Positions 1 to 8,492 of a stretch of 37,928 bases of DNA are shown piece after piece. The notes under the pieces were generated by a model. The model was not told the DNA's origin. It was given only the letters and a program-made list of their open reading frames with translations, and did no database searches. The stretch lies in NCBI GenBank assembly GCA_002311835.1, contig DBZY01000094.1, positions 44,669-82,596 on the forward strand, read 5' to 3'. This stretch comes from Proteobacteria bacterium UBA1148 (lineage in GTDB: Bacteria; Pseudomonadota; Gammaproteobacteria; Steroidobacterales; Rariloculaceae). Positions within the stretch are counted from its first letter, which is position 1, and each line of letters begins with the position of its first letter. Made by a program: the position numbers and the translations under genes.

Positions 1-96
1 GACTAGGTCGGTTACCTGGACACCACTTACCTCAGCTGGAACTGATCCGAGCAACTCGCCTAAGGTCATCGCAGTTGTGGCTAACACCGCCATCAT
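1..96 (-). CDS. murE: UDP-N-acetylmuramoyl-tripeptide synthetase MurE, 5' end only (runs off the window)
   Basis: ATG at 96 overlaps the ftsI TGA (ATGA). Reads MMAVLATTAMTLGELLGSVPAEVSGVQVTDLV with no stop. murE is the canonical gene after ftsI in the dcw cluster; only 32 codons are visible. Confidence 0.75.
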   Translation of the reverse strand, partial: MMAVLATTAMTLGELLGSVPAEVSGVQVTDLV

Positions 97-1835
97 CGAC
101 CCACCTCTACTTTGGCAACCTCTGTGCGCTCAGGGATTGTGACAGGTGGTTTCGGCAAGGCGTCTGGGGGTACAGCAAGTAAACGCAGTGTCCCAGACAA
201 AATTCTCGCAAACACAGGCGCCGCAACCTCCCCACCATAGTACGCACTGCCGCGTGGCTCATCGATCACAACCACTACCACTACCCTCGGATTGGTGGCT
301 GGAGCAAAACCACCGAATACTGCTAGGTAGCGATCCTCCGAGTACCCCCCGATTCCAGATTTACGCGCCGTCCCGGTCTTACCCGCTACGCGGAAGTTAG
401 TGACAGCCGCCCGTCGGCCCGTGCCAACCGGTGATACCACAGTCTCCAGCATGCTATTCAGAGCCTGGGCTGTCTCACTTGAAATGGCACGCTCTCCACT
501 CGGGGTCTCCTCTAATGCCACTAGGGAGACCGGCCGACGCACGCCACCTGCAGCGATGACTGCATAAGCCTGAGCTAGTTGCAGTGGAGTCACTGATAGT
601 CCGTAGCCATAGGCTAAAGTTGCCTGACCCACCGGGCGCCAGTGTCTAGCATCGTTTAGTACCCCAGCGGACTCGCCCGGAAACCCACTATCGGTGAGCC
701 GACCAATACCGAACCTCGTCAGAGCCAGCCAAAGGTTATCCTGATCGAGATCTAGTGCGAGCTTGGCTACACCAACGTTACTGGATTGAGCCAGCACCGT
801 CCTGATATCAATCTCTCCCAGGTTATTGATGTCCTGGGTGATGATCTGCCCATTGATGCGCAGGTAGCCGGGAGAAGTATCAATTACTGAGTCTGGATCG
901 TAGCGACCACTCTCCAGCGCGGCGGCAACTACAAACGGCTTAAAACTCGAACCCGGCTCGAAAATATCCGTAACTGCACGGTTGCGATAACGTGACGCAT
1001 CGAACTGCGCACGATCGTTCGGGTTAAAGTGGGGCTGGTTCGCCATGGCTAGCACTTCTCCGGTTGCTACGTCAAGAATAACCACCGATCCAGACAGCGC
1101 ATTATTTTCTTCAATAGCCTGTTTGAGTTCGCGGTAAGCCAAATACTGGAGCCGCAAATCGAGGCTCGCCCGTAGTTCCCTTCCCGGTCTGGGAGGCTTA
1201 ACTAGTTCCACGTCTTCTATGACTCGACCAAGTCGGTCTTGTATCACGCGTTTTGCGCCAGTCTCGCCACGAAGCCAGTAGTCGAACTCAAATTCGAGCC
1301 CCTCTTGTCCCACGTCATCGATGTTCGTAAAACCAATAAGGTGCCCAGCGACTTCGCCGGCCGGGTAATAACGTCGGTACTCGCGCAGTGTGGCAACACC
1401 AGAAATCCCTAAACGTAAAACCTGGGATGCATGGTCCGGGCGCAGGTGTCGACGCAAATACACGAATTCGCGATCCAGGTTGCTAGTAATACGCCGAGCG
1501 AGCCAGTCTTCATCCAATTCCAAGAGCCGCGCTAGCTCATCGAGACGTTCCATATTTAGTTTAAGTTTCTGAGGATTAGCCCAGACGCTATCTACGGGCG
1601 TGCTCACTGCAAGAGGCTCACCATGTTGGTCAATGATGGAGCCGCGGTGCGCCGAGATTTGAACCGTTCGCACATGCCGCTCGTCACCCTGAGCCGAAAG
1701 GAAATCCTTTTTCAAAATCTGTAGATAGAGCACACGGCCCTCCAGGGCTATGCCGGTGCCTATAACCCCAACCAGTAGTAGAGCCGTCCGCCACCGCTTC
1801 CAACTTAAAGAAGAAGCTTTGCAGCGACCCTTCAC
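93..1835 (-). CDS. ftsI: Peptidoglycan D,D-transpeptidase FtsI (PBP3)
   Basis: N-terminal TM, RGxIxD and RRYYP dimerisation-domain motifs, catalytic SxxK (EPGSSFK), SxN (SSN) and KTG. GTG start overlaps the ftsL stop. Confidence 0.97.
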   Translation of the reverse strand: MKGRCKASSLSWKRWRTALLLVGVIGTGIALEGRVLYLQILKKDFLSAQGDERHVRTVQISAHRGSIIDQHGEPLAVSTPVDSVWANPQKLKLNMERLDELARLLELDEDWLARRITSNLDREFVYLRRHLRPDHASQVLRLGISGVATLREYRRYYPAGEVAGHLIGFTNIDDVGQEGLEFEFDYWLRGETGAKRVIQDRLGRVIEDVELVKPPRPGRELRASLDLRLQYLAYRELKQAIEENNALSGSVVILDVATGEVLAMANQPHFNPNDRAQFDASRYRNRAVTDIFEPGSSFKPFVVAAALESGRYDPDSVIDTSPGYLRINGQIITQDINNLGEIDIRTVLAQSSNVGVAKLALDLDQDNLWLALTRFGIGRLTDSGFPGESAGVLNDARHWRPVGQATLAYGYGLSVTPLQLAQAYAVIAAGGVRRPVSLVALEETPSGERAISSETAQALNSMLETVVSPVGTGRRAAVTNFRVAGKTGTARKSGIGGYSEDRYLAVFGGFAPATNPRVVVVVVIDEPRGSAYYGGEVAAPVFARILSGTLRLLAVPPDALPKPPVTIPERTEVAKVEVGR

Positions 1836-2119
1836 TGACTTGGCTCCACGACCACAATGATGTCATCGGCAATCGGGCTGCTCAGACTCAGTTGTTCTGA
1901 GGCTAGAAACTCGATTCGAGGGTGAGTACCCCAGGTGCTCTGCTCGATCTGAAGACGGCCCCAGTCGACCTGTAACCGATCTCTTTCACGGTTGAGAGCC
2001 TCGAGTTCAACGAATAATTGTCGGGACTGGTGCTTAGCTTTGACAACAAAGAGACCGGATGCCACCACCGCAATGGCAAGAGGCAATATCAAACCAAGTT
2101 GTACACGCTGAGTAATCAA
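1832..2119 (-). CDS. ftsL: Cell division protein FtsL
   Basis: 95 aa with one TM and a coiled coil containing WGRLQIEQSTW..HPRIE. Lies between rsmH and ftsI with 4-nt overlaps; TTG start. Confidence 0.93.
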   Translation of the reverse strand: MITQRVQLGLILPLAIAVVASGLFVVKAKHQSRQLFVELEALNRERDRLQVDWGRLQIEQSTWGTHPRIEFLASEQLSLSSPIADDIIVVVEPSQ

Positions 2120-3051
2120 AAAGCAGTCCCAAGTTTCTCAGCAATTCTCAATCGAGCACTCCGCGACTTGGGGTTGGCATCGACCTCCCTCTGTGTTGGC
2201 CGGATCAGACCAGCGATCAACTTCAATGTTGGGCGCGCCTCCAGAGGAATTTCTGGTAATCCAGAATATGCTGGATCCCCTTTGACCTGTCGTGCCATGA
2301 AACGTTTGACGATACGGTCCTCTAGGGAATGGAAACTGATCACACACAATCTGCCTCCCACGGCAAGAAGGCTCAGGCACGCCTCTAGCCCGGATTCCAG
2401 GGATCTTAGTTCCTTGTTTACATGGATACGGATAGCTTGAAACGCCCGGGTAGCAGGATTGATCCGGCGAGGACGACTTCTGGAAGCGCTCGCAATAATC
2501 TCAGCCAACTGGCCCGTGGTAGTGATTGGAGCTTGTGCTCGTGCTCGCAAGATTGCTCTGGAGATTTGTCGAGCGCGGGGCTCCTCTCCAAAACGACGCA
2601 ATACATCTGCTAACTCTGCTTCGTTGACTTGCCGCAACCATTCCTCCGCAGTGATGCCTTCAGTTGGATTCATCCGCATATCGAGAGGCCCGTCCTCAAT
2701 GAAACTGAATCCCCGTTCAGGGGATTGAAGTTGGGGAGAGGAAACTCCGAGATCAAACAAAAGACCAGCGAGGAGCCGGCCTTCGAGCCACGGCGCGACA
2801 TGTTTGTGAACATGTTCAAATCCACCATGTTTGATTGAAAAACGTGGGTCCGTAGCAAGGTTACGCCTGGCGTGTTCCACCGCCTCTGGATCCTTATCCA
2901 GTGCGAGCAACTTGCCGTGTTTCCCGAGCCGAGCCAGAATCTCAATGCTGTGCCCCCCACGTCCATACGTTCCATCGACGTACCAACCGTCCTCATTTAC
3001 GGCTAAACCCTCCAGCGCCTCCGCCACCAGCACCGGCTGATGGTTGTACAT
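2116..3051 (-). CDS. rsmH: 16S rRNA m4C1402 methyltransferase RsmH (MraW)
   Basis: HQPVL, DGTYGRGGHS, DLGVSSPQL, DGPLDMRM, SFHSLEDRIVK and NPKSRSA motifs. ATG at 3051 preferred over TTG at 3060. Confidence 0.97.
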   Translation of the reverse strand: MYNHQPVLVAEALEGLAVNEDGWYVDGTYGRGGHSIEILARLGKHGKLLALDKDPEAVEHARRNLATDPRFSIKHGGFEHVHKHVAPWLEGRLLAGLLFDLGVSSPQLQSPERGFSFIEDGPLDMRMNPTEGITAEEWLRQVNEAELADVLRRFGEEPRARQISRAILRARAQAPITTTGQLAEIIASASRSRPRRINPATRAFQAIRIHVNKELRSLESGLEACLSLLAVGGRLCVISFHSLEDRIVKRFMARQVKGDPAYSGLPEIPLEARPTLKLIAGLIRPTQREVDANPKSRSARLRIAEKLGTAF

Positions 3052-3072
3052 ACCGATCAACCGCCGAGCGTT

Positions 3073-3528
3073 CTATAGAGACAGTGATTCGAGTTCTGCG
3101 GGCAACCCCGCGTCGTCAGCATCGTCATCTGACAACCACTCGTCCCGCCGCGTGTTCCACCTCTCTTCATCCCACAGCTCGAACTTATTTCCCTGACCAA
3201 TCAGCATTGTTTGTTTATCCAGGCTTGCGAAATCTCGAAGTTCCCTAGGCAGGAGGACACGCCCGTGGCCGTCCATCTCGAGCTCGGTGGCATAACCCAC
3301 CATGAGTCGCTGAAGCCGGCGCACTTGTTTATTAAGCGTTGGCAACCTAACCAACTTACGCTCAATCTCCTCCCAATCAGGCAGTGGGTATATGAGCAGG
3401 CAGTAGTCTCGGTCCACGGTCGCAACCAAGTGTCCGTCGGCACGGCTTGTAAGACGTTCCCGATAACGGCTCGGAATCGCCAATCGCCCCTTTGAATCCA
3501 GGGTAACTTTGGAAGCGCCTCGAAACAT
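3073..3528 (-). CDS. mraZ: Division/cell wall cluster transcriptional repressor MraZ
   Basis: MFRG start and two DxxGR motifs (DSKGR, DGHGR). First gene of the dcw cluster; ATG at 3528. Confidence 0.97.
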   Translation of the reverse strand: MFRGASKVTLDSKGRLAIPSRYRERLTSRADGHLVATVDRDYCLLIYPLPDWEEIERKLVRLPTLNKQVRRLQRLMVGYATELEMDGHGRVLLPRELRDFASLDKQTMLIGQGNKFELWDEERWNTRRDEWLSDDDADDAGLPAELESLSL

Positions 3529-3530
3529 GA

Positions 3531-3570
3531 GAAACCCATTTTCCCCCACTTTTTACCACTTTCAAGCACT
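3531..3570 (-). promoter_or_regulatory. MraZ operator: four 10-bp-period direct repeats
   Basis: Minus strand reads AGTGCTTGAA AGTGGTAAAA AGTGGGGGAA AATGGGTTTC directly before the mraZ ATG, matching the (G)TGG(G) direct-repeat boxes bound by MraZ. Confidence 0.8.
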
Positions 3571-3597
3571 ATAGGTAGGGCGACAGGGCGGTGTCAA
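3568..3597 (-). promoter_or_regulatory. sigma70 promoter of the dcw operon (Pmra)
   Basis: TTGACA (3597-3592), 18-nt spacer, TATAGT (3573-3568), with an A/T tract upstream that could be an UP element. Confidence 0.8.
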
Positions 3598-3676
3598 CAG
3601 ATAATCTAAAATTTTTTTGTTTGCCAGTAGGTTAGGGGCGGTACTGAGCGTTAAAGACCGACTCGAGAGAACCAAT

Positions 3677-3689
3677 AATCAACAAGTTA
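3677..3689 (+). promoter_or_regulatory. Putative IHF binding site upstream of Pmra
   Basis: AATCAAcaagTTA is an exact match to the WATCAANNNNTTR consensus, about 80 bp upstream of the -35 element. Confidence 0.5.
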
Positions 3690-3747
3690 CAAATGCTGTC
3701 TCGATACAACTTTAGAAAATAGGCGGAACTAACATGGAGAGGATAAA

Positions 3748-4086
3748 GGAGTCGGCCTATAAGCCGGGTTCTGTCGAGAACAGCCATTCATCTTGGACAC
3801 GCGTCGCCGCGCACCTCTAGCGACCTACCCGGAAGCTCGTGTGGGCGCACTCAGCGCTCCCCTATTCGGTCTTGCTCCGGGTGGGGTTTGCCCTGCCACA
3901 GGTGTCACCACCTGTGCGGTGCGCTCTTACCGCACCATTTCACCCTTACCGGCTCTTATGAACTGGCGGTATATTTTCTGTGGCACTTTCCGTAGGCTCG
4001 CGCCCCCCAGGCGTTACCTGGCACCCTGCCCAATAGAGCCCGGACTTTCCTCTAGGATTTCTCCCAGCGACTGCTCGGCCGACTCC
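3748..4086 (-). ncRNA. rnpB: RNase P RNA, bacterial type A (about 339 nt)
   Basis: Minus strand: 5' GGAGTCGGCC pairs with 3' GGCCGACTCC (P1). GAGGAAAGTCCGGGC and ACAGAACCCGGCTTA (P4 halves), GGAAAGTGCCACAGAAA and GGGTGAAATGGTGCGGTAAGAGCGCACC are present. Canonical position between rsmI and mraZ. Confidence 0.98.
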
Positions 4087-4093
4087 GTCTCCT

Positions 4094-4102
4094 AGGGTAA
4101 CA
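4094..4102 (-). promoter_or_regulatory. Putative extended -10 promoter for rnpB
   Basis: TG-T-TACCCT located 7 nt upstream of the predicted 5' G (4086). Confidence 0.5.
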
Positions 4103-4105
4103 GAG

Positions 4106-4942
4106 CTACCCTCCACGGGTGAGAGAATAGACTCGGTTTCTAGAAGCGCCGGTGATACTTACCGTAAGGGCTAGCGCTTTTTTAGCAGGAATCTCCTTGG
4201 CTAGGAGCTCATAGACTCGAGTAACTTCACTATCCTCCGCAGGATGTGTTATTTCATTGCCGGCAACCATTACTACGAACTCTCCTTTCATTAAAATATC
4301 GCCACTCATTCGTTTGCCAAGTTCAGCAAGCGTACCCTCATACACGCTCTCGTGTACCTTGGTGAGTTCCCGGGCAATGACTGCCAAACGATCAGGGCCA
4401 AGGTGTTCCTGCAGCGCTTCAAGAGTGTCTGGTAACCGATGAACGGACTCGTAGAAAACCAGGGTTCGTGATTCCCGGGATAGTAGGGCTAAGCGCGACC
4501 GCCTGGGCCCCGGACGGCGCGGGAGAAACCCCTCAAAAACGAAACGTTCCGTAGATAATCCTGATACCGATAAGGCCGCCGTCAGAGCGCTGGGGCCGGG
4601 AATTGACACTACGGGGATAGCTGCTTCACGGGCAGCTCGAACCACAACCAGACCAGGATCACTGATCAGAGGCGCCCCAGCATCGCTCACCAAAGCAATC
4701 GACTCGCTACTAAGCAATTTGGCTATCAAAACAGGAGTCTGCTGTGCCTCGTTGTGCCCATGATAGGCAATTAATCGTTTCTTGACCCCAATGCTAGATA
4801 GCAATCCCCGAGTACGGCGGGTATCCTCGGCAGCAATCAAACCCACGGCGTTTAGGACTTGACGGGCGCGCGGGCTGAGATCGTCTAGATTACCGATAGG
4901 GGTGCCCACGACGTAAAGTGTTCCAGTGGTATCTTTACTCAT
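4106..4942 (-). CDS. rsmI: 16S rRNA Cm1402 2'-O-methyltransferase RsmI
   Basis: GTLYVVGTPIGNL, AAEDTR, VSDAGxPLISDPG, FEGFLP, RELTKVHE and KGEFV motifs. ATG at 4942 chosen because the longer ORF overlaps the divergent gene. Confidence 0.96.
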   Translation of the reverse strand: MSKDTTGTLYVVGTPIGNLDDLSPRARQVLNAVGLIAAEDTRRTRGLLSSIGVKKRLIAYHGHNEAQQTPVLIAKLLSSESIALVSDAGAPLISDPGLVVVRAAREAAIPVVSIPGPSALTAALSVSGLSTERFVFEGFLPRRPGPRRSRLALLSRESRTLVFYESVHRLPDTLEALQEHLGPDRLAVIARELTKVHESVYEGTLAELGKRMSGDILMKGEFVVMVAGNEITHPAEDSEVTRVYELLAKEIPAKKALALTVSITGASRNRVYSLTRGG

Positions 4943-4990
4943 AAGTTTATGCTGCCTGTGGAAAAGACAGATGTGCAAGCATTACTAATC

Positions 4991-6301
4991 ATGGATCACA
5001 TCAAAACAATCGCCACTCTGCTTTGTCTACTACTCCTCGCTGCATGTGAAGTGTCCGGACCGATACTACCCACAGACGCCCGTACACCTGAGGGTGGGGC
5101 AGAACAACTTGTCGTCGCTGAAGAACTCGGGACCGAATCACAATTATTACGAAATTATCCGGCCCAGATTGCGGTCTTATTGCCCTTTAGCAGCTTACAG
5201 CAACCTGAAGCAGCCACTATTCGCGACGGGTTTATCGCATCACATCTGACCAGTTCTGCTACAACGCCCGATGGAACAGCCCCCACACTGAAATTTTACG
5301 ATACAACGTTGATCGGACCTCAGGAATCCTATCTACGCGCACAAATCGACGGAGCTGATTTCATCGTTGGTCCACTTCTTAAATATGAGCTGGAGGAAAT
5401 CATAGGAAACGCGGGGCTCATTCCAACACTCGCGCTAAACTCCTTTGACAGTGGCCAGTCCGCCCCGCCTAATTTCTATCAATTCGCGCTGGCGCCCGAA
5501 GATGAGACCCGGGAGATCGCTCGACGCGCTGTGGCAAACGGAACCCTCAATGCTGTCGCTTTAGTTCAGAACAGTGACTGGGGTCTGCGCCTACTCGGCA
5601 GCTTTCGAACCGAGTTCGAAACTCTTGGCGGACAGCTTCTGCAGTTCAGAAGTTATGACTCTGACAGCCAGGATTTTTCCCTTGCCATCACCACTCTGCT
5701 GAATATACAGAGTAGCAACCAACGGCGTCAGCGTTTGGCAGCTAACCTGGGTGTATCACTAGAATTCGAACCAAGACGTCGCCAGGATATCGACGTTATT
5801 TTCGTCGCAACCGATGCGGGCACAGGCAGGCTTTTGGTGCCGCAACTACGATTCCATTACGCCGGAGATATCCCCACCTATGCAACATCTGCTGTCTATG
5901 AAAGCTACGCGAGTGATTCAGACTTAAACGGTGTGCTCTTTCCAGATACCCCGTGGGTACTGTCAGGGGACGACACCTCGTCTCAGCTCAAAGCTTCGCT
6001 TGAAACGTACTGGCCACAGAGGACAGCACCACCCTGGGCGCGATTATATGGTCTGGGTTTTGACGCTTATCGTTTAATCCCGCTGCTACACAACCGGCTG
6101 GAGAAGTTTTCATCGATAACCGCGCTGTCCGGTGAGCTAAGTCTCGGGAATGACGGTAGAATCCGAAGACAGCTACCTTTTGCTCAGTTCCGCAATGGGA
6201 GGCCCCTGGTCATTGACGCCGAAGCCCCCAGGGATAGATCGATCGAGGTAGTGTCAGATCTGGAAACCGAGAAATCTACCGAGCTTGCAATGCTGAGATA
6301 G
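4991..6301 (+). CDS. lpoA: Penicillin-binding protein activator LpoA/LppC family lipoprotein (short form, C-domain only)
   Basis: Signal peptide with lipobox LAA-C from ATG 4991. LppC motifs IAVLLP, IVGPLLK, PTLALN, FALAPEDE, PRRRQDID and RLYGLGFDAY. Divergent from rsmI as in the yraL/yraM locus. Confidence 0.88.
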   Translation: MDHIKTIATLLCLLLLAACEVSGPILPTDARTPEGGAEQLVVAEELGTESQLLRNYPAQIAVLLPFSSLQQPEAATIRDGFIASHLTSSATTPDGTAPTLKFYDTTLIGPQESYLRAQIDGADFIVGPLLKYELEEIIGNAGLIPTLALNSFDSGQSAPPNFYQFALAPEDETREIARRAVANGTLNAVALVQNSDWGLRLLGSFRTEFETLGGQLLQFRSYDSDSQDFSLAITTLLNIQSSNQRRQRLAANLGVSLEFEPRRRQDIDVIFVATDAGTGRLLVPQLRFHYAGDIPTYATSAVYESYASDSDLNGVLFPDTPWVLSGDDTSSQLKASLETYWPQRTAPPWARLYGLGFDAYRLIPLLHNRLEKFSSITALSGELSLGNDGRIRRQLPFAQFRNGRPLVIDAEAPRDRSIEVVSDLETEKSTELAMLR

Positions 6302-6333
6302 CCCTTCACTCAGCCACAGACCCAGTCATCTAG

Positions 6334-6447
6334 GGAAATAGATCGGCTCAGTAGCTGCAATGTAATGGACTTCGAATGTTAAAACCCCGTTATCGTTGTC
6401 ACGTGAAAAATCTGGATCAGAAGTGCCCACGAACCAGTATCTCTTGA
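6334..6447 (+). pseudogene. yraN: Degraded yraN (UPF0102) remnant
   Basis: Frame from 6334 reads GNRSAQ*LQCNGLRMLKPRYRCHVKNLDQ, which aligns by eye with YraN A..YL...GL.LL.RNYRC..GE[IL]D. TAG replaces the Tyr, the C-terminal half is missing, and it sits in the yraN slot between lpoA and gmhA/diaA. Confidence 0.65.
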
Positions 6448-6475
6448 AGTATCATGAGTTTACAGGCAGAGTTAA

Positions 6476-7081
<606 letters not shown>

Positions 7082-7197
7082 AAAGAAGTTTATTTTTTGG
7101 GAAGAGAACGGCAAAGCGAGAACCAAGCGACCCACACGTTCGCTTAGTAAGCTGTCCTCACGAAGAGCAGCTGCGCCATCAAGCTACCGGGCTGGTA

Positions 7198-7587
7198 TCA
7201 CTTGACAACCTTCAGGGATGGACGCCCCGACACGTTTCCGTCGACAGGTGTCTCGGTAGGTGAGGGAGTCTCGTCGTCTGTGAAAATCATTCCCTGCCCG
7301 GTCTCCTTGGCATAAATTCCGATGACAGCCAGCATAGGCATCTTGAGGTGATGATTGATGTCCTCGAATCGAGCCTCAAATTGCACGGTATGCTTATCGA
7401 AGATGAGGTTGCGAGTCGCTGCGAAACTAACGTTGAGGACAATTTTGCCGTCGGTGATGTAATTCTTAGGAACGGCTATACCATCTACACCCGCGTCGAC
7501 AACAATATATGGTGTCAACCCATTGTCCGTCATCCAGTCATGCATCGCACGAATAAAATAGGGTCGCTTAGATGTGGTCTCCGGCAT
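7198..7587 (-). CDS. sspB: ClpXP specificity-enhancing factor SspB
   Basis: RPYFIRAMHDW..DNGLTPY and DGKIVLN motifs, C-terminal ClpX-binding tail PSLKVVK; directly after sspA. Confidence 0.96.
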   Translation of the reverse strand: MPETTSKRPYFIRAMHDWMTDNGLTPYIVVDAGVDGIAVPKNYITDGKIVLNVSFAATRNLIFDKHTVQFEARFEDINHHLKMPMLAVIGIYAKETGQGMIFTDDETPSPTETPVDGNVSGRPSLKVVK

Positions 7588-7591
7588 CGGT

Positions 7592-8221
7592 CTATTGACG
7601 CATCTCCTCCTCTAACTCGGTTAGACTGTCCCGAAATGACTGACGAGCAAATACGTTATCCATATATTCGAGAATCTTCCCCGCCTGTGTTGGTAACTTA
7701 ACATTGAGAATCGGCAAACGCCAAAGGATTGGCGCAATAGTGCAATCGACAAGAGAAAACTCATCGCTTAAGAAAAATCTTTTTGAAGTAAATATTTCTA
7801 CACTGGATACTATGCTGTCCTGAAGAACTTTGCAGGCACGTACCATCGACTTGCGGTCTCCTCCTTTTAAAATATCCTCTACTACCGAATACCAGTCCCG
7901 CTCAATGCGATAGAGAGCTAAACGAAATTGAGCGCGTGTTACAGGATCAACCGGCATAAGTGGAGGGTGGGGAAATCTTTCATCCAAGTACTCAATGATG
8001 ACTCGAGAGTCATAAAGAACGAGCTCTCTATCCACCAAGGTTGGAATACTGTTATAGGGATTTAGATCAAATAAATCTTCCGGCAAGTCCCCTTTATCCA
8101 CATCAATGAAATCGATATTTATGCCTTTTTCGGAGAGCACCAGTCGAGTGCGATGACTCCACGGATCCGTGGCCCCTGAAAAAAGGGTCATGACCGAACG
8201 ACGGTTAGCTATTACGGCCAT
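7592..8221 (-). CDS. sspA: Stringent starvation protein A (GST fold)
   Basis: MAVIANRRSVMTLFS, NPYNSIPTLVDR, EYLDERFPHPPLMPVDPV and LTELEEEMR motifs; AGGAG RBS. Confidence 0.97.
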   Translation of the reverse strand: MAVIANRRSVMTLFSGATDPWSHRTRLVLSEKGINIDFIDVDKGDLPEDLFDLNPYNSIPTLVDRELVLYDSRVIIEYLDERFPHPPLMPVDPVTRAQFRLALYRIERDWYSVVEDILKGGDRKSMVRACKVLQDSIVSSVEIFTSKRFFLSDEFSLVDCTIAPILWRLPILNVKLPTQAGKILEYMDNVFARQSFRDSLTELEEEMRQ

Positions 8222-8265
8222 GAAAATCTCCTAAACAGCGCTGCCCAACGTTAAGCATAGAGACA

Positions 8266-8331
8266 TTAAGCAATGTCTTTCCAATTTTAATTTATCAACA
8301 CGCACGAGATTAGCAGAAACACAATTGTCCA
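8266..8331 (-). pseudogene. petC: Remnant of the cytochrome c1 (petC) C-terminal membrane anchor
   Basis: Minus frame reads WTIVFLLISCVLIN*NWKDIA*, versus the PetC tail W..LFLL....LAYLLKKEYWKD[VI]H*. It ends 44 nt before sspA, where petC ends in petABC-sspAB loci. Internal TAA and an apparent 4-codon deletion. Confidence 0.6.
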
Positions 8332-8420
8332 CTCATACGAGCATTCTTGCCAGAGACATATTTTCCAAACTCGCTGCATCGCCCGAAATCATACATCTGA
8401 GCTAGATGGCCCTCAGAAAC

Positions 8421-8456
8421 GGCGCGATTATACACAGCAGTTCTAGCACTTGACCA
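8421..8456 (-). promoter_or_regulatory. Putative sigma70 promoter firing toward sspAB (possibly the former pet promoter)
   Basis: Perfect TATAAT (8432-8427) followed by GC-rich CGCGCC; weak -35 TGGTCA at 18-nt spacing. Confidence 0.5.
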
Positions 8457-8477
8457 CAGAACCTTCTGCTAATGCCC

Positions 8478-8486
8478 TGCTAAACT
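8478..8486 (+). promoter_or_regulatory. Putative extended -10 promoter for degS
   Basis: TG-C-TAAACT ending 6 nt before the ATG; no SD sequence. Confidence 0.45.
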
Positions 8487-8492
8487 ACTAGA

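Noticed and set aside
3793-4095. 100-aa ORF on the + strand
   Set aside because: It is the antisense shadow of the RNase P RNA gene, a well-known type of spurious ORF.
7082-7197. Spacer between gmhA and sspB, and 25016-25123 between cpdA and hspQ, as gene relics or terminators
   Set aside because: No recognisable peptide in the frames read and no convincing hairpin with a U-tract.
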